Positions 1 to 11,965 of a DNA stretch of 64,000 nt are shown here, piece by piece. The stretch lies in assembly GCA_951406725.2 (NCBI GenBank), contig OX597832.1:22506001-22570000 (forward strand), written 5' to 3'. The position numbers were made by a program, and so were the translations under genes. This DNA comes from Octopus vulgaris (Eukaryota). Within the stretch, counting starts at the first letter, position 1; the number at the start of each line of letters is the position of its first letter. The notes below the pieces were generated by a model. It was given only the letters and a program-made list of their open reading frames with translations, did no database searches and had not been told where the DNA came from.

Positions 1-167
1 TATGTATGTATGTATGTATGTATCGGTACATGTATATGTGTGTGCAATCTAAGAGTGGTAGCATATTTTGCCGATAGTACTTAGGGAACGTAATCAATAG
101 GCTGCGTAATCGCACGTTTCATATAAAGCTTAACAATTCCAGTTACGCTTACGATTCCTGTTATTAA

Positions 168-207
<40 letters not shown>

Positions 208-560
208 TGTGTGTTTATATAAATATAAATCTATGTGTGTGTTTATATATATATAAATTTATGTGTTCTAGAGCACAGCGTATATTACCAGCCTCCAGTC
301 AGTTTCCAGTATAGTGGTTAGGCAACTACTTAACTTGGTAGGTTTACTAATTATGGTATGCAAATGTAAGAGAAATTACGATAAACACAAATTCATGTCA
401 TTTGTTCCGACATAGGTCTCACCAGTGTGATTAATTGGAACTCTGCATTGGTTATTCTTACCCCACAAAATATATAAACACTGCAGGCACGTGCTTAGGA
501 CTAAATAATGTAAACTTGCGTTTATCGTAATGTCTCTTATTTACACATTTATCGATCAAA

Positions 561-641
<81 letters not shown>

Positions 642-722
642 ACTCTCTCTCTTGTTCTCTCGCTCTCTCTATCTATGTCTGTCTGTCTGTCTACTTATCT
701 ATCTATCTTTATATGTATATTA

Positions 723-754
<32 letters not shown>

Positions 755-776
755 GCATATATATGTATATATATAT

Positions 777-856
<80 letters not shown>

Positions 857-860
857 GCGT
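561..860. repeat. Compound microsatellite (CTAT)n/(TA)n/(CA)n
   Basis: Direct reading. Confidence 0.95.
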
Positions 861-1626
861 TCACACATGTATATTTATATCTTTATTTTCATATAATATA
901 TATGGTCATCATGTCAGCTGAAGGCGAAGGAGAGACCGAATGTATAAATAGATGACCCTGTTGCCTAAATAGATTAATTATGCCTTACAGTAGGCGACAT
1001 TTGCAAATTTGTTCCAATAAGATTAATTAATTTTCTTTGCGCTTGATATTCATTTAACAAATTTAATCAATAACACTATTTGATCTCTTTGGAATAAAAT
1101 TTAAGCCAACATACTTAATTATTTATTTCTCACCATGTCTTTCCTTCTACTTAATCTTACTCTTTCTTCTACTTTTCCATGTGTTATTATCGGGAAAATG
1201 GCGGTGATTCAAAATGTTATGGCTGTTTTGACGATGTCGTTTATTCTCTGCTAAATCCTGACGTAGGAGAATTGTATTGTAACTATTCTACTTTTCTAAG
1301 GAAGTAAGCAAGCTTACGTTATCAAATTCGACCTTTTCTTATTAGATGGTAAAATACAATCTGAAGATTTGGGTTTAGTTTCATGTACTTCAGAACTCGT
1401 AGAGCATTCTCTATTGTTTGTTAACTTATCGGTGCGTTTTAGCAAGATATCCAGGTTATTATTATCACTAGGCGATGCCTTATTATATTTGACAAGACGT
1501 TCGCAATGATCTCAAACGACCCAGCTAACTCATGTATTTAAACAAGTCGCAACAGGCCAAAATATTCATCTTACATATATGCTCAAGATAGCTAGATCCA
1601 GTCTCTCACATTTACCATACAATACC

Positions 1627-2037
1627 TATTTCTTTGCTACCCACAAGGGGCTAAACACAGAGAGGACAAACAAAGACAGACAAACGGATTAAGCCGATTA
1701 TATCGACCCCAGTGCGTAACTGGCACTTATTTAATCGACTGCGAAAGGATGAAAGGCACAGTTGACCTCGGCGGAATTTGAACTCAGAACATAGCGACAG
1801 ACAAAATACCTATTTCTTTACTACTCACAAGGGCTAAACACAGAGAGGACAAACAAGGACAGACAAACGGATTAAGCCGATTATATCGATCCCAGTGCGT
1901 AAATGGTACTTATTCAACCGACCCCGAAAGAATGAAAGGCAAAGTCGACCTCGGCGGAATTTGAACTCGAAACGTAGTGGCAGACAAAATACCGCTAAGC
2001 ATTTCGCCCGGCCTGCTAACGATTCTGCCAGATCGCC
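1627..2037 (-). mobile_element. SINE-A (tRNA-derived head, Meta-domain-like core, Tx1-like tail), 2 tandem units
   Basis: B-box-like GAGTTCAAATTCC, core gactttgcctttcatcctttcggggtcgataaattaagtaccag, tail ...cccttgtgggtagtaaagaaata; internal junction at 1810/1811. Confidence 0.85.
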
Positions 2038-2832
2038 TACCCTACAATACCATTCTGTAAATAATCAATCACATCATCGAAATCTCAATGCTGCGAGGTA
2101 ATTCACCATAAACTCGAGACAGCGTAAATAAATAGGCATTATATTTGACAGAGTAATCTGGCCGCTAACGGGTTAATTCTATCTAATTCACAACATTCGG
2201 TTGAAAATATGTATCGACTTGTAGATGACAGATTATAGAGTTCGCTATTGTATGCAAAGAATTCACAGCGTAGGAGATTTATCATGAGTAGGTACGAAAT
2301 AAAACCTTTATATATACGTGGGAAGTCGAGTACCACAGGATTTAAGTTCAGAAAATGAGCGATCAGATATATAGCAAATAAATTAATGTTTCAGGTAAGA
2401 ATGGTCTCTGTTTGTTTCATTGTTATTGGTCTAAAGATCTATAAAGGCCTCGGTCAAAATCACATATGACCATCTCATTGTTTTGTGTATCGAGATATAT
2501 AGTAGGCTATTCTACACTGCTGCTGCTGTCTATGGCCAGAAAATATCTATCTATATATATAATTAATAAGTTTGAAACTGGAGAGACTCAATGGATATAA
2601 ATTAATTTATTAATTAACATTGCCTACAATTGTTTCACTTCACAGCCAATTTAAATTACAAGACATATATAATAATATATGTTTGCATTTTGAGTACCCT
2701 GGTTGGAAGATCTTCAGGGCAAAATGGACATTGCAGAATTTACATTTACAGTTGAAATACTCCAACAGACCATATACCCGCGCGCACGCACACACACTCA
2801 GACACGTATACATAAATGCTTTTTCTACATAC

Positions 2833-2954
2833 CTCTCGACGCTCATGACTGTTAAGGTGGTCACCGAACAAATTGCCGATACGTTCTGAAGATAATACAC
2901 TGCTTTGCACAGAAATTCTCCAAACTCCCAAGTGAAGGTGAAGAATGTGGCGAA
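2833..2954 (-). CDS. Internal exon of a class A (rhodopsin-like) peptide GPCR: ECL1, TM3 and start of the ERY motif
   Basis: Translates FATFFTFTWEFGEFLCKAVYYLQNVSAICSVTTLTVMSVER, with the WxFG..LC ECL1 motif and TM3 ending S-V-E-R. Acceptor ttgctttccctttcAG and donor GTatgt; the phase-2 intron in the R of DRY/ERY is a common position in neuropeptide receptors. Subfamily not assignable from 41 aa. Confidence 0.93.
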
Positions 2955-3111
2955 CTGAAAGGGAAAGCAAACACCATTGAGAGTTATATATGCAAACATG
3001 AATACACAAACACATACATACATACATAAATGCATACACACATACATACATGCATGTACATATTTATCTTTGCGCATACAGTCGTCCTGTAATAAATGAC
3101 AGTGAATTCAA

Positions 3112-3322
3112 TACTCTCTTTTACTCTTTTACTTGTTTCAGTCATTTGACTGCGACCATGCTGGAGCACCGCCTTTAGTCGAGCAAATCGACCCCGGGAC
3201 TTATTCTTTGTAAGCCCAGTACTTATTCTATCGGTCGCTTTTGCCGAACCGCTAAGTGACGGGGACGTAAACACATCTGCATCGGTTGTCAAGCAATGCT
3301 AGGGGGACAAACACACAGACAT

Positions 3323-3391
<69 letters not shown>

Positions 3392-3558
3392 TACGACAGG
3401 CTTCTTTCAGTTTCCGTCTACCAAATCCACTCACAAGGCATTGGTCGGCCCGGGGCTATAGCAGAAGACACTTGCCCAAGATACCACGCAGTGGGACTGA
3501 ACCCGTAACCATGTGGTTGGGAAGCAAGCTACTTACCACACAGCCACTCCCACGCCTA
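3112..3558 (-). mobile_element. SINE-B (tRNA head, CORE-like segment, internal (TA)n(TG)n, tail ending gaaacaagtaaaagag)
   Basis: Near-identical to at least 8 other copies in the window; A-box tggctgtgtggtaag, B-box gggttcagtccc. Confidence 0.88.
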
Positions 3559-3579
3559 TTAAGCTTATTTAAAAGAAAA

Positions 3580-3848
3580 ACATGTGATCACATGGCCGAC
3601 CAGACTATCAGATGCTGTTACACATAGCTAGTCACAATGCGCTTTTGCATTGTTTTAGCCTTCCAATCACGCCACCCCGCTGGTTAGGCAAGCAGATCGA
3701 CATTCCTCCAACTGATCGAAACTGGAGACTGGAAGCAACGTAAAATGAAGTATTTTGCTCAAGAACACAACGTGTTCCCTGGTTCGGGAATCGAACCAAC
3801 GATCTAGCGATCGGGGGTGCAACAGCCTATCCACTAGGCAAGGCGCCT
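3580..3848 (-). mobile_element. Older SINE-C-related copy (tail type 1)
   Basis: Tail resembles gaaggctaaaacaatgcgaacgcattgtgaccagc of 14731/18928; tRNA-like head with ggttcgattccc. Confidence 0.65.
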
Positions 3849-3935
3849 TCACATTTAACATAATAATGGTTCCAAATTTTGGCACAAGACCAGCAATTTC
3901 GGGGGTGGGGATAAGACATTACACGCATGGACACA

Positions 3936-3979
<44 letters not shown>

Positions 3980-4274
3980 TACACACACACGCACGCACAC
4001 AGAGTCACACACCTCCTTTTACATTACCAAGTATAACATCACCCCTTCCTTCCTTATTCGTAAACACAAGAGTATTATTATAGTAGATTATCTCGGTAGC
4101 CATGGGAGCTACGAAAAACATACAAAGCCCAGCAACACCACCGGATTATTCTACACATCTGCTTAATTCTTCGCGCAATTCCACTCAATCGTTTGACCGC
4201 GAATCCCAAGAAAGAAAATATACAAGAAAGAATCGTCAATGCCAAATTTATATGTATATATATATATATATATG

Positions 4275-4443
4275 TATTTTTTTTCTCTCCGTGTTTCTTT
4301 TCTGTGTATCTTTCTGTCGATGAGCGTAGGCTCGAAACGTAAAAGACTTTTTCTATTTCTATTCCTGAGCGCTATACTAATATATTAGTTTGTTTGTACT
4401 CCACCTGCCTTCGTCTTTTGTTTATTTTCGTAAACTTTCCCGT

Positions 4444-4445
<2 letters not shown>
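4275..4445 (+). mobile_element. Short PLE-type terminal repeat in (TA)n with degenerate hammerhead (4309-4346)
   Basis: tcttt-CTGTCGA-t-gagc gtag gctc-GAAA-cgt-a-aaaga; related copies at ~50740-50855 and ~57970-58195 (-). Confidence 0.55.
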
Positions 4446-4485
<40 letters not shown>

Positions 4486-4938
4486 AACGCACGCGATTCC
4501 AGGAAGTTTCTGTCCATCAAATTTACCCCGAAGGCATTGGTTGACGAGGGGCTGTAGTAGAAGATGCTTTCCCAGTTTTCCACACAGTGAGATTGAACTT
4601 GGAACTAGGTGGTTGCACAGCAAGCTTCTTAACCACGAAGCCATACTGGCGTATATCTAAAATCTATACTTAAAATATACAAATCTGTGTTTGTTTCTAA
4701 ATATAGATATCCAATATTTGTGACAATCGTTGCTTTAAAATTCTGGTAAAAGATATTCTCGAATCGATATTTCTTTATATATAACCAATTGCCGATAAAT
4801 AATCAAAGGACAATACAGAATAGACAAAAACTTTGCAGGAAGTAACAAAGTTTTATTAAAATTTTGTTTTTAGTTCCAAATATCTTGTTCTATAAAAGAT
4901 CTAATTAATTTTACATATCTTCTTTAGATTCTGGTACC

Positions 4939-6136
4939 CAAAATCAGCCACGGTCAATTTTACTAATTAATTGTATGTATGTTTTGTATGAATTTCTAAT
5001 TATTTTTCTCTTTCTAGTTCTCCCAAGGCAGCGAACTGGCTGAAATATCGGGACATCGGATTAAACGCTCAGCCCCGTTTCTTCCGGCCTTTACATTCTG
5101 ATGCTCAAAATCAGCCACGGTCAATTTTACTAATTAATTGTATATATGTTCTGTATGAATTTCCAATTATTTTTCTCTTTCTAGTTCTCCCAAGGCAGCG
5201 AACTGGCTGAATTGTCGGGACATCGGATTAAACGCTCAGCCCCGTTTCTTCCGGCTCTTTACATTCTGATGCCCAAAATCAGCCGCGGTCAATTTTACTA
5301 ATTAATTGTATATATGTTCTGTATGAATTTCCAATTATTTTTCTCTTTCTAGTTCTCCCAAGGCAGCGAACTGGCTGAATTGTCGGGACATCGGATTAAA
5401 CGCTCAGCCCCGTTTCTTCCGGCCTTTACATTATGATGCCCAAAATCAGCCGCGGTCAATTTTACTAATTAATTGTATATATGTTCTGTATGAATTTCCA
5501 ATTATTTTTCTCTTTCTAGTTCTCCCAAGGCAGCGAACTGGCTGAATTGTCGGGACATCGGATTAAACGCTCAGCCCCGTTTCTTCCGGCCTTTACATTC
5601 TGATGCCCAAAATCAGCCGCGGTCAATTTTACTAATTAATTGTATATATGTTCTGTATGAATTTCCAATTATTTTTCTCTTTCTAGTTCTCCCAAGGCAT
5701 TGAACTGGCCGAATTGTCGGGACATCGGATTAAACGCTCAGCCCCGTTTCTTCCGGCCTTTACATTCTGATGCCCAAAATCAGCCGCGGTCAATTTTACT
5801 AATTAATTGTATATATGTTCTGTATGAATTTCCAATTATTTTTCTCTTTCTAGTTCTCCCAAGGCATTGAACTGGTTGAATTGTCGGGGCATCGGATTAA
5901 ACGCTCAGCCCCGTTTCTTCCGGCTCTTTACATTCTGATGCTCAAAATCAGCCGCGGTCAATTTTACTAATTAATTGTATGTATGTTTTGTATGAATTTC
6001 CAATTATTTTTCTCTTTCTAGTTCTCCCAAGGCATTGAACTGGCCGAATTGTCGGGACATCGGATTAAACGCTCAGCCCCGTTTCTTCCGGCTCTTTACA
6101 TTCTGATGCTCAAAATCAACCGTGGTCAATTTTACT
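4939..6136 (+). repeat. Tandem array, 7 full units of 167-168 bp plus a partial unit, containing a degenerate SINE-A head
   Basis: caaaatca recurs at 4939, 5106, 5274, 5441, 5608, 5775, 5943, 6111; the last unit runs on into the SINE body (to ~6245). Confidence 0.95.
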
Positions 6137-6349
6137 TTCCATTCTTTCGAGCACGATAAAATATTTATGAAGCACCGGAACCGGTTTAATCTATTTGACC
6201 CTTCTACTCAAAATTGCTGGTCTTATGCTAAAAGTAGAAAGAATTACTTTTTTTTTTATTAATACGCGAATCATCAGATTCTTGGGGGAGTCGGATAAAA
6301 TGCACAGTGGCATTTACTCCGGCTCTTTACGTTTTTTATGCCGCCTTAT

Positions 6350-6900
6350 TCTTCCTAATTTTGGCACAAGGCTTGCAATTTTGGAAGATGTGAGCAAATA
6401 GATTACGTACAACACTGGTACTTTATTTTATTTATCCTGGAAGGGTGAAAAGATAAAGTCGATCCCTGCAGAATTTGAACCTTGAACGCAATGAGTCGAA
6501 ATAAAAACTGCTAGTAATTTTGTTAAATGCTCCTACTATACAGCCAAATACCATGCAGACCTCGGCGGTAGTTTAACACAAAGCATATACAGCCAGAAAA
6601 AATCCGCTAAGCATTTTGTTCGACGAACTAACGATTCTGGCAGCTCGGCGCCTTGCTGGATACAATAATAATGGTTTTAAATTTTGGTACAAGTCCATCA
6701 AGTTCGTGGAGTGGATAAGTTGATTATATAGACATCTGTGTTCAACTGTTACTTATTTTATCGATCCCGAAGGGATGAAAGGCAAAGTCGGACTGGAGGA
6801 ATTTGAACTCAGAACCTAATAACAGACGAAATGCAGCCAAGCAGTTTCTCCGGCGCACTAATAATTTTGACTGTTCGGTGCCTTGCCAGATACCATAATA
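6350..6900 (-). mobile_element. Cluster of older degenerate SINE-A-family copies
   Basis: Repeated ggatgaaaggcaaagtcg / gaatttgaactcagaac motifs. Confidence 0.65.
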
Positions 6901-7292
6901 ATGATAAGAACCTTTTATTTGAACACATGTGGTGACCTTACTGATAGAATCTGAAATGTCATTACAAGCTTTTATGCAGAAATTCTACTGAATAATCCAT
7001 CGATATCCTGTTCCGTGTCACCAATGCTTTCAGCACATGTTGCGATATTTCCTGGCAGTAATAGAAGAATATGATAATTCAGTTTGGAACATCTATATTT
7101 TTAGGAATTAAGAGGCTCTTGGGTGATACAATCTAAATAGCTATTTCACATGGATCTTTTATCGAATTTCCAAATTTGTCTCCAATAATATCATCTTCGT
7201 TTTGTATTCTTGCAGTCTGCATACTGTAGTATGTTCCTCAGAAGTCACAGCATTTGGTGGAATTTAATCGCAATTTTTAATCTCATGATTAA

Positions 7293-7760
7293 AGCAGTGA
7301 GTTGCTAGAATCGCTTGTGCGTCAAACATATTGCGTAGCGGTATTTCGTCTGCCGCTACGTTCTGAGTTCAAATTCTGCCGAGGTCGACTTTGCCTTTCA
7401 TCCTTTCGGGGTCGATAAATTAAGTACCAGTTACGCACTGGGGTCGATGTAATCGACTTAATCCGTTTGTCTGTTCTTGTTTGTCCTCTCTGTGTTTAGC
7501 CCCTTGTGGGTAGTAAAGAAATAGGTATTTCGTCTGCTGCTACGTACTGAGTTCAAATTCCGCCGAGGTCGACTTTACCTTTCATCCTTTCGGTGTCGAT
7601 AAATTAAGTACCAGTTACGCACTTGGGTCGATATAATCGACTTAATCCGTTTGTCTGTCCTTGTTTGTCCCCTGTGTGTTTAGCCCCTTGTGGGTAGTAA
7701 AGAAATAGGTATTTCGTCTGGCTCTTTACGTTCTGTGTTCAAATCCCGCCGATTTGAATT
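7293..7760 (+). mobile_element. SINE-A multimer: degenerate head, 2 young units, then older body
   Basis: Junctions aaagaaata|ggtatttcgtc at 7523/4 and 7707/8. Confidence 0.88.
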
Positions 7761-8576
7761 CTGAATGTATAGGGCTAGAATAAATACTGCAAGATATTTT
7801 CTGACACTGTAACGAATCTGCTAGATCGCCGCCTTCGTGTAAAAATATTCTTTGTAAAGATCGACAGAAAGTCAGCAATTTTGATGGGAGGAACATGTCG
7901 ATTACCACCGTTTCAGGTCGCTTGTTTATTTTATCTTCCTCCGAAAAGATGAACGGCAAAGTTGATCTCAGAACGTAAACGGCTTGAAGAAATACCGCTA
8001 AGCATTTTGTCCGATGCGCTAATGAGTATACCAGCCGCCGCCGCCTTTTAATTCTTTTTAATTTTGGCACAAGGCCAGTAATTTCAAGTCGAAATCATTG
8101 ATCCCGCTTTTTACTGGTATTTTATTGATCCTGAAACAATGAAGGACTAAGTCGACTTTGATGGTATTTGAACTCAGAATGTAGAGACGGAACAAAGTCT
8201 CCCGCAAGACATTTTCCATAATTGCACACGGGAATATAGCGTAGTGGTTAAGAGCGTGGGCTACTAACCCCAAGATTCCGAGTTCAATTTCAGGCAGTGC
8301 CTTAAATAACATCAGCAAAAATATACCTTAAGTTGGGTTCAAAATTCCACCAGCCAGGACACCTCATGAGAGTTAATCATCCGAAACGTTGTGGTAGCAA
8401 GTCTTCCAGCGCACCGCCTTCGTTTAAAATTATGAAAATGACTTTAAACAGTTATGAAAGTAAGTTATCTATGAATGTGTGTATATGTGTGAAAACATAG
8501 AAGAAGTTATTCTGTTCCATATTTCAGTACATTATTTACATTGGACGGATATGCGTTCTCATCTTGTTTGTTGTTA

Positions 8577-8613
8577 CTACAACGTTTCGGATAATTAACT
8601 CTCATCAGGTGTC
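8577..8613 (-). ncRNA. Minimal type I hammerhead ribozyme motif (weak stems)
   Basis: gacac-CTGATGA-gagttaattatcc-GAAA-cgtt-gtag. Confidence 0.55.
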
Positions 8614-9160
8614 TTGGCTGGTGGAATTTTGAACCCAACTTAAGGTATATTTTTGTTGATGTTATTTAAAGCACTGACTGAAATTGAACTCGAAATCTCG
8701 GGGTTAGTAGCCCACGCTCTTAACCAATACGCTATATGCCCGTGGGCAATTATTAAGTGAATTTTAGGATTTATAAACCTAGTATTTTATCTTTTCTTAA
8801 TACTGGTTCCCATTTTCTACTCATATCTGCACTAGGTCTGCTAAGGAGGTTATTGTGTCCTAGCATATGGGAAAGAACGGAGACAACCTCCCTCTGTGGA
8901 CTGAAGTTAAAATAATAGACAGAGAACACCACTGGAAAATACGAAAACTAAAAGAGGCAGCACATATGCTAGGACACAACAACCTCCTGAGCAGACCTAG
9001 TGCAGATAGGAGTAGCATATGGGAACCGGTATCAAGAGAAGATAAATTACAAGGTTTATAAGCCTTAAAATTCACTCTGTGATTAAGAGCGCTGGCTACT
9101 AATCTCAAGATTCCGAGTTCAATTCCAGACAGTGCCTTGAATAAATAAATAAATAAATAA

Positions 9161-9377
9161 GGCGGCGTGCTGGCAGAAACTTTAGCACGCCGGGCGAAAT
9201 GCGTAGCCGTATTTCGTCTGCCGTTATGTTCTGAGTTCAAATTCCGCCGAAGTCGACTTTGCCTTACATCCTTTCGGGGTCGATAAATTAAGTACCAGTT
9301 ACGCACTGGGGTCGATATAATCGACTTAATCCGTTTGTCCCCTCTTTGTTTAGCCCCTTGTGGGTAGTAAAGAAATA
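9161..9377 (+). mobile_element. SINE-A full-length monomer inserted in the PLE terminal repeat
   Basis: Complete head ggcggcgtgctggcagaaac through tail aaagaaata; PLE sequence resumes at ~9420. Confidence 0.88.
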
Positions 9378-10159
9378 TATAATAATAGTCAGAAAAATAA
9401 ATAAATAATGATAATAATAGTCAGAAAAAAATGCCCAGTGTTAGGTTGAAAATTCTACCAGGACACCTGAGGAACGTTGTGTATTCATGCCGTTTCCAAT
9501 AACATTACTAGTATATTGAATTTTGCTCAATCTGGAATCGAAACCCGATGTAAAGGAAGCTCACCTCTCATCGTCACCACAACGATTTTAGACATATTTG
9601 TCTTTCTAATGGAGCGCACAGTTTAACCGATGCCATTTTATTCAATGTTTTATGGCCAATTTTGCTTGAATTTATTAAATTATACATTTTACAATCACTT
9701 TTGTACATTTACTTTTTTTTTCCAAATCGCATTAAAATTTCAGTAAAGCGAAATCCGACTGAAAAGCAATTATAAAATGATATTATTTAAAAAAATTATA
9801 CCTTATTAATAACGCCGCATTAACAAGTTGCTAGCCAGACTCCCAGGAGGGCAATTTCAAACTAATACATGCCAATGAATTAAAATTTTACGATTTAACA
9901 CTTCTTCGCTCCCCCTTCCTTCTATTTCTTATGCTTATGTTTTTCTGGTTCCTTATATTTGTTTTTCTTTTGATCTGTATTATCTCCGTGTGGGTGGCGA
10001 AGTCGAACGGAAAAGGTCGAGCGTCAGTCTGTGTTGCAAAATATTGGTTGGAAAGAAAACCCTGTCGTACTTTTGACACGATTACTTTGAGGGGATTTTT
10101 TTCTCTTTCAATTATTTTTTTCTTTCAATTTCGATACCTACGGTTATATTTTTTAAATT

Positions 10160-10595
10160 CTTTTATTTGTTTCAGACATTTGACAACAGCAATGCTGAAG
10201 CACCGCCTTTAGTCGAACAGACCGTCCCCAGGTCTTATTCTTTGTAAGCCTAGTACTTTATTCTATCGGCGTCTTTTGCCGAACCGCTAAGTTACGGGGA
10301 CGTAAACACACCAACATCGGTTATCAAGCGACGGTGGTGGGGGACAAACAGACACAGAAACATACACACACACACACACGTACACACACACTCACACACA
10401 TATATACGACGAGCTTCTTTCAGTTTCCGTCTACCAAATCCAATCACAAGGCTTTGGTCGGCTCGAGGCTATAACAGGAGACACTTGCCCAATGTGCCAC
10501 AGAGTGGGACTGAACCCGGAAGCATGTTGTTGGTAAGTAAGCTACTTACCACACAACCACTCCTACGCCTTACGACACAGCCACTCCTGCGCCTA
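10160..10595 (-). mobile_element. SINE-B
   Basis: Matches other SINE-B copies. Confidence 0.85.
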
Positions 10596-11776
10596 TAGTC
10601 TCTCTTTTTGTTTACCGAGAAGTAATATTTATTCTCACTTAAGTGGGAATAAATATTGATACCACTTCTGTTGCTAATATATATTTTTTACCAAGCCCAT
10701 TGGCTAATCGCGACACCAGCGGCTATTCTGACTGGCGGGGAGATGGATTGCTGCCATCTCTACTGGTCGAATGTCTATCATTGATAAGACCAAGGAAGCT
10801 CAAAATCCCGTGATCTAGTGATCTCGACGAAGATTTATCTCCCCGCTAGCGATATAAGCATGAGTGTCCTTTGCACCAAAGCCAACATGAGAGTTTCTCT
10901 CGTGGCATCTACCACAGTATAATTTCTTCTAGCAGAACACCCACGTTTAAGTAGGGATATTTCATCTAGATATTAATACTACCTCTGTTGCTTATATATG
11001 CTTTTGTAGTCTTTCTTTGCAGATTACTTTATACAATTGTGGCTAAATTTGAATCGATTTTACCCATTTAAAATGAGGTTAAGTCAGACCCATATTAGAT
11101 ACTACATACTGTATAAATTCAGAAAGGTCTCTTCAGCAATGGAAGCGGCAAGAAATATTTGACCTATTTGCGGAAATGTAGTTTGAAGTGTCCGCACATG
11201 GTATCGATAACGAAAGGAAATAAAGCGGGGAGCCGGCATAATCATTAGCACACATGGCAGAATACTTATCCGTACTTCTCCCGTCTTTACGTTCTAAGAT
11301 CAAATTCCGCCGAGGTCGATTTTCCCTTTTATTTTTTCGGGTTGATAAAATAAGTACCAGTTGATCATTGGGGACGATGTAATCGATTAACCCTCTCTCT
11401 TGAAATTGAGCCTTGAAACCAATAATGAGGGGGAAATACTTTGCGGCATTTTGTCTGATTTACGTCTGGCTTCAAATTCCACCGATGTTGACTTTGCCTT
11501 TCACCTTTCATGGTCGATAAGATGAGTACTAGTTGATCACTGAGATCGATATAATTGATTAACCCTGGTCTTGTGCCACAATTTGAAATCACTATTTATA
11601 TTTATACTGCTACACACTAAACTCAAATCTCATCGAGGTATGACTAGATTTATGCTTGTCTAGGGTCAATAAAGTTAGTAAGAATCAGTTACTGTGAACG
11701 ATGGCGAATGGTTCATAACTTTTCCCAAGAAATTTTACGATTGAGCGCCAATATAAGTAATCCGTATTATTGAAAA

Positions 11777-11965
11777 CGGCTGACAGGCAGAGTCGGTAGA
11801 GCGCCGAACAAAGTGGTGATGAAAGGACAGAATCGGCAGAGCGTCAAACGAAGAGGTAATGAAGTGCTAAGATCATTAGAGCGCCGGACAAAGTGATGAT
11901 GAACTGGTCAGATCAGTAGTGCGCCGAATACTGCGGTCACGGATTGTAAAATCGTCGAATAAAGT
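11777..11965 (+). repeat. Degenerate ~40-bp tandem repeat (4-5 units) of a SINE A-box segment
   Basis: ggcagagtcggtagagcgccgaacaaagtggtgatgaaag-like units. Confidence 0.65.

Larger units (their letters stand above)
8217..9490. mobile_element. Penelope-like element remnants: GIY-YIG C-terminus, tRNA-like segment and hammerhead, in inverted arrangement
   Basis: 8867-9061 (+) encodes LWTEVKIIDREHHWKIRKLKEAAHMLGHNNLLSRPS, typical of a PLE GIY-YIG C-terminus; 8500-8869 is an inverted copy; 8217-8400 is a third terminal-repeat copy. Confidence 0.8.

Noticed and set aside
2640-3077. 145-aa ORF as a complete gene
   Set aside because: Only 2833-2954 is GPCR-like and bounded by splice sites; the rest is intron.
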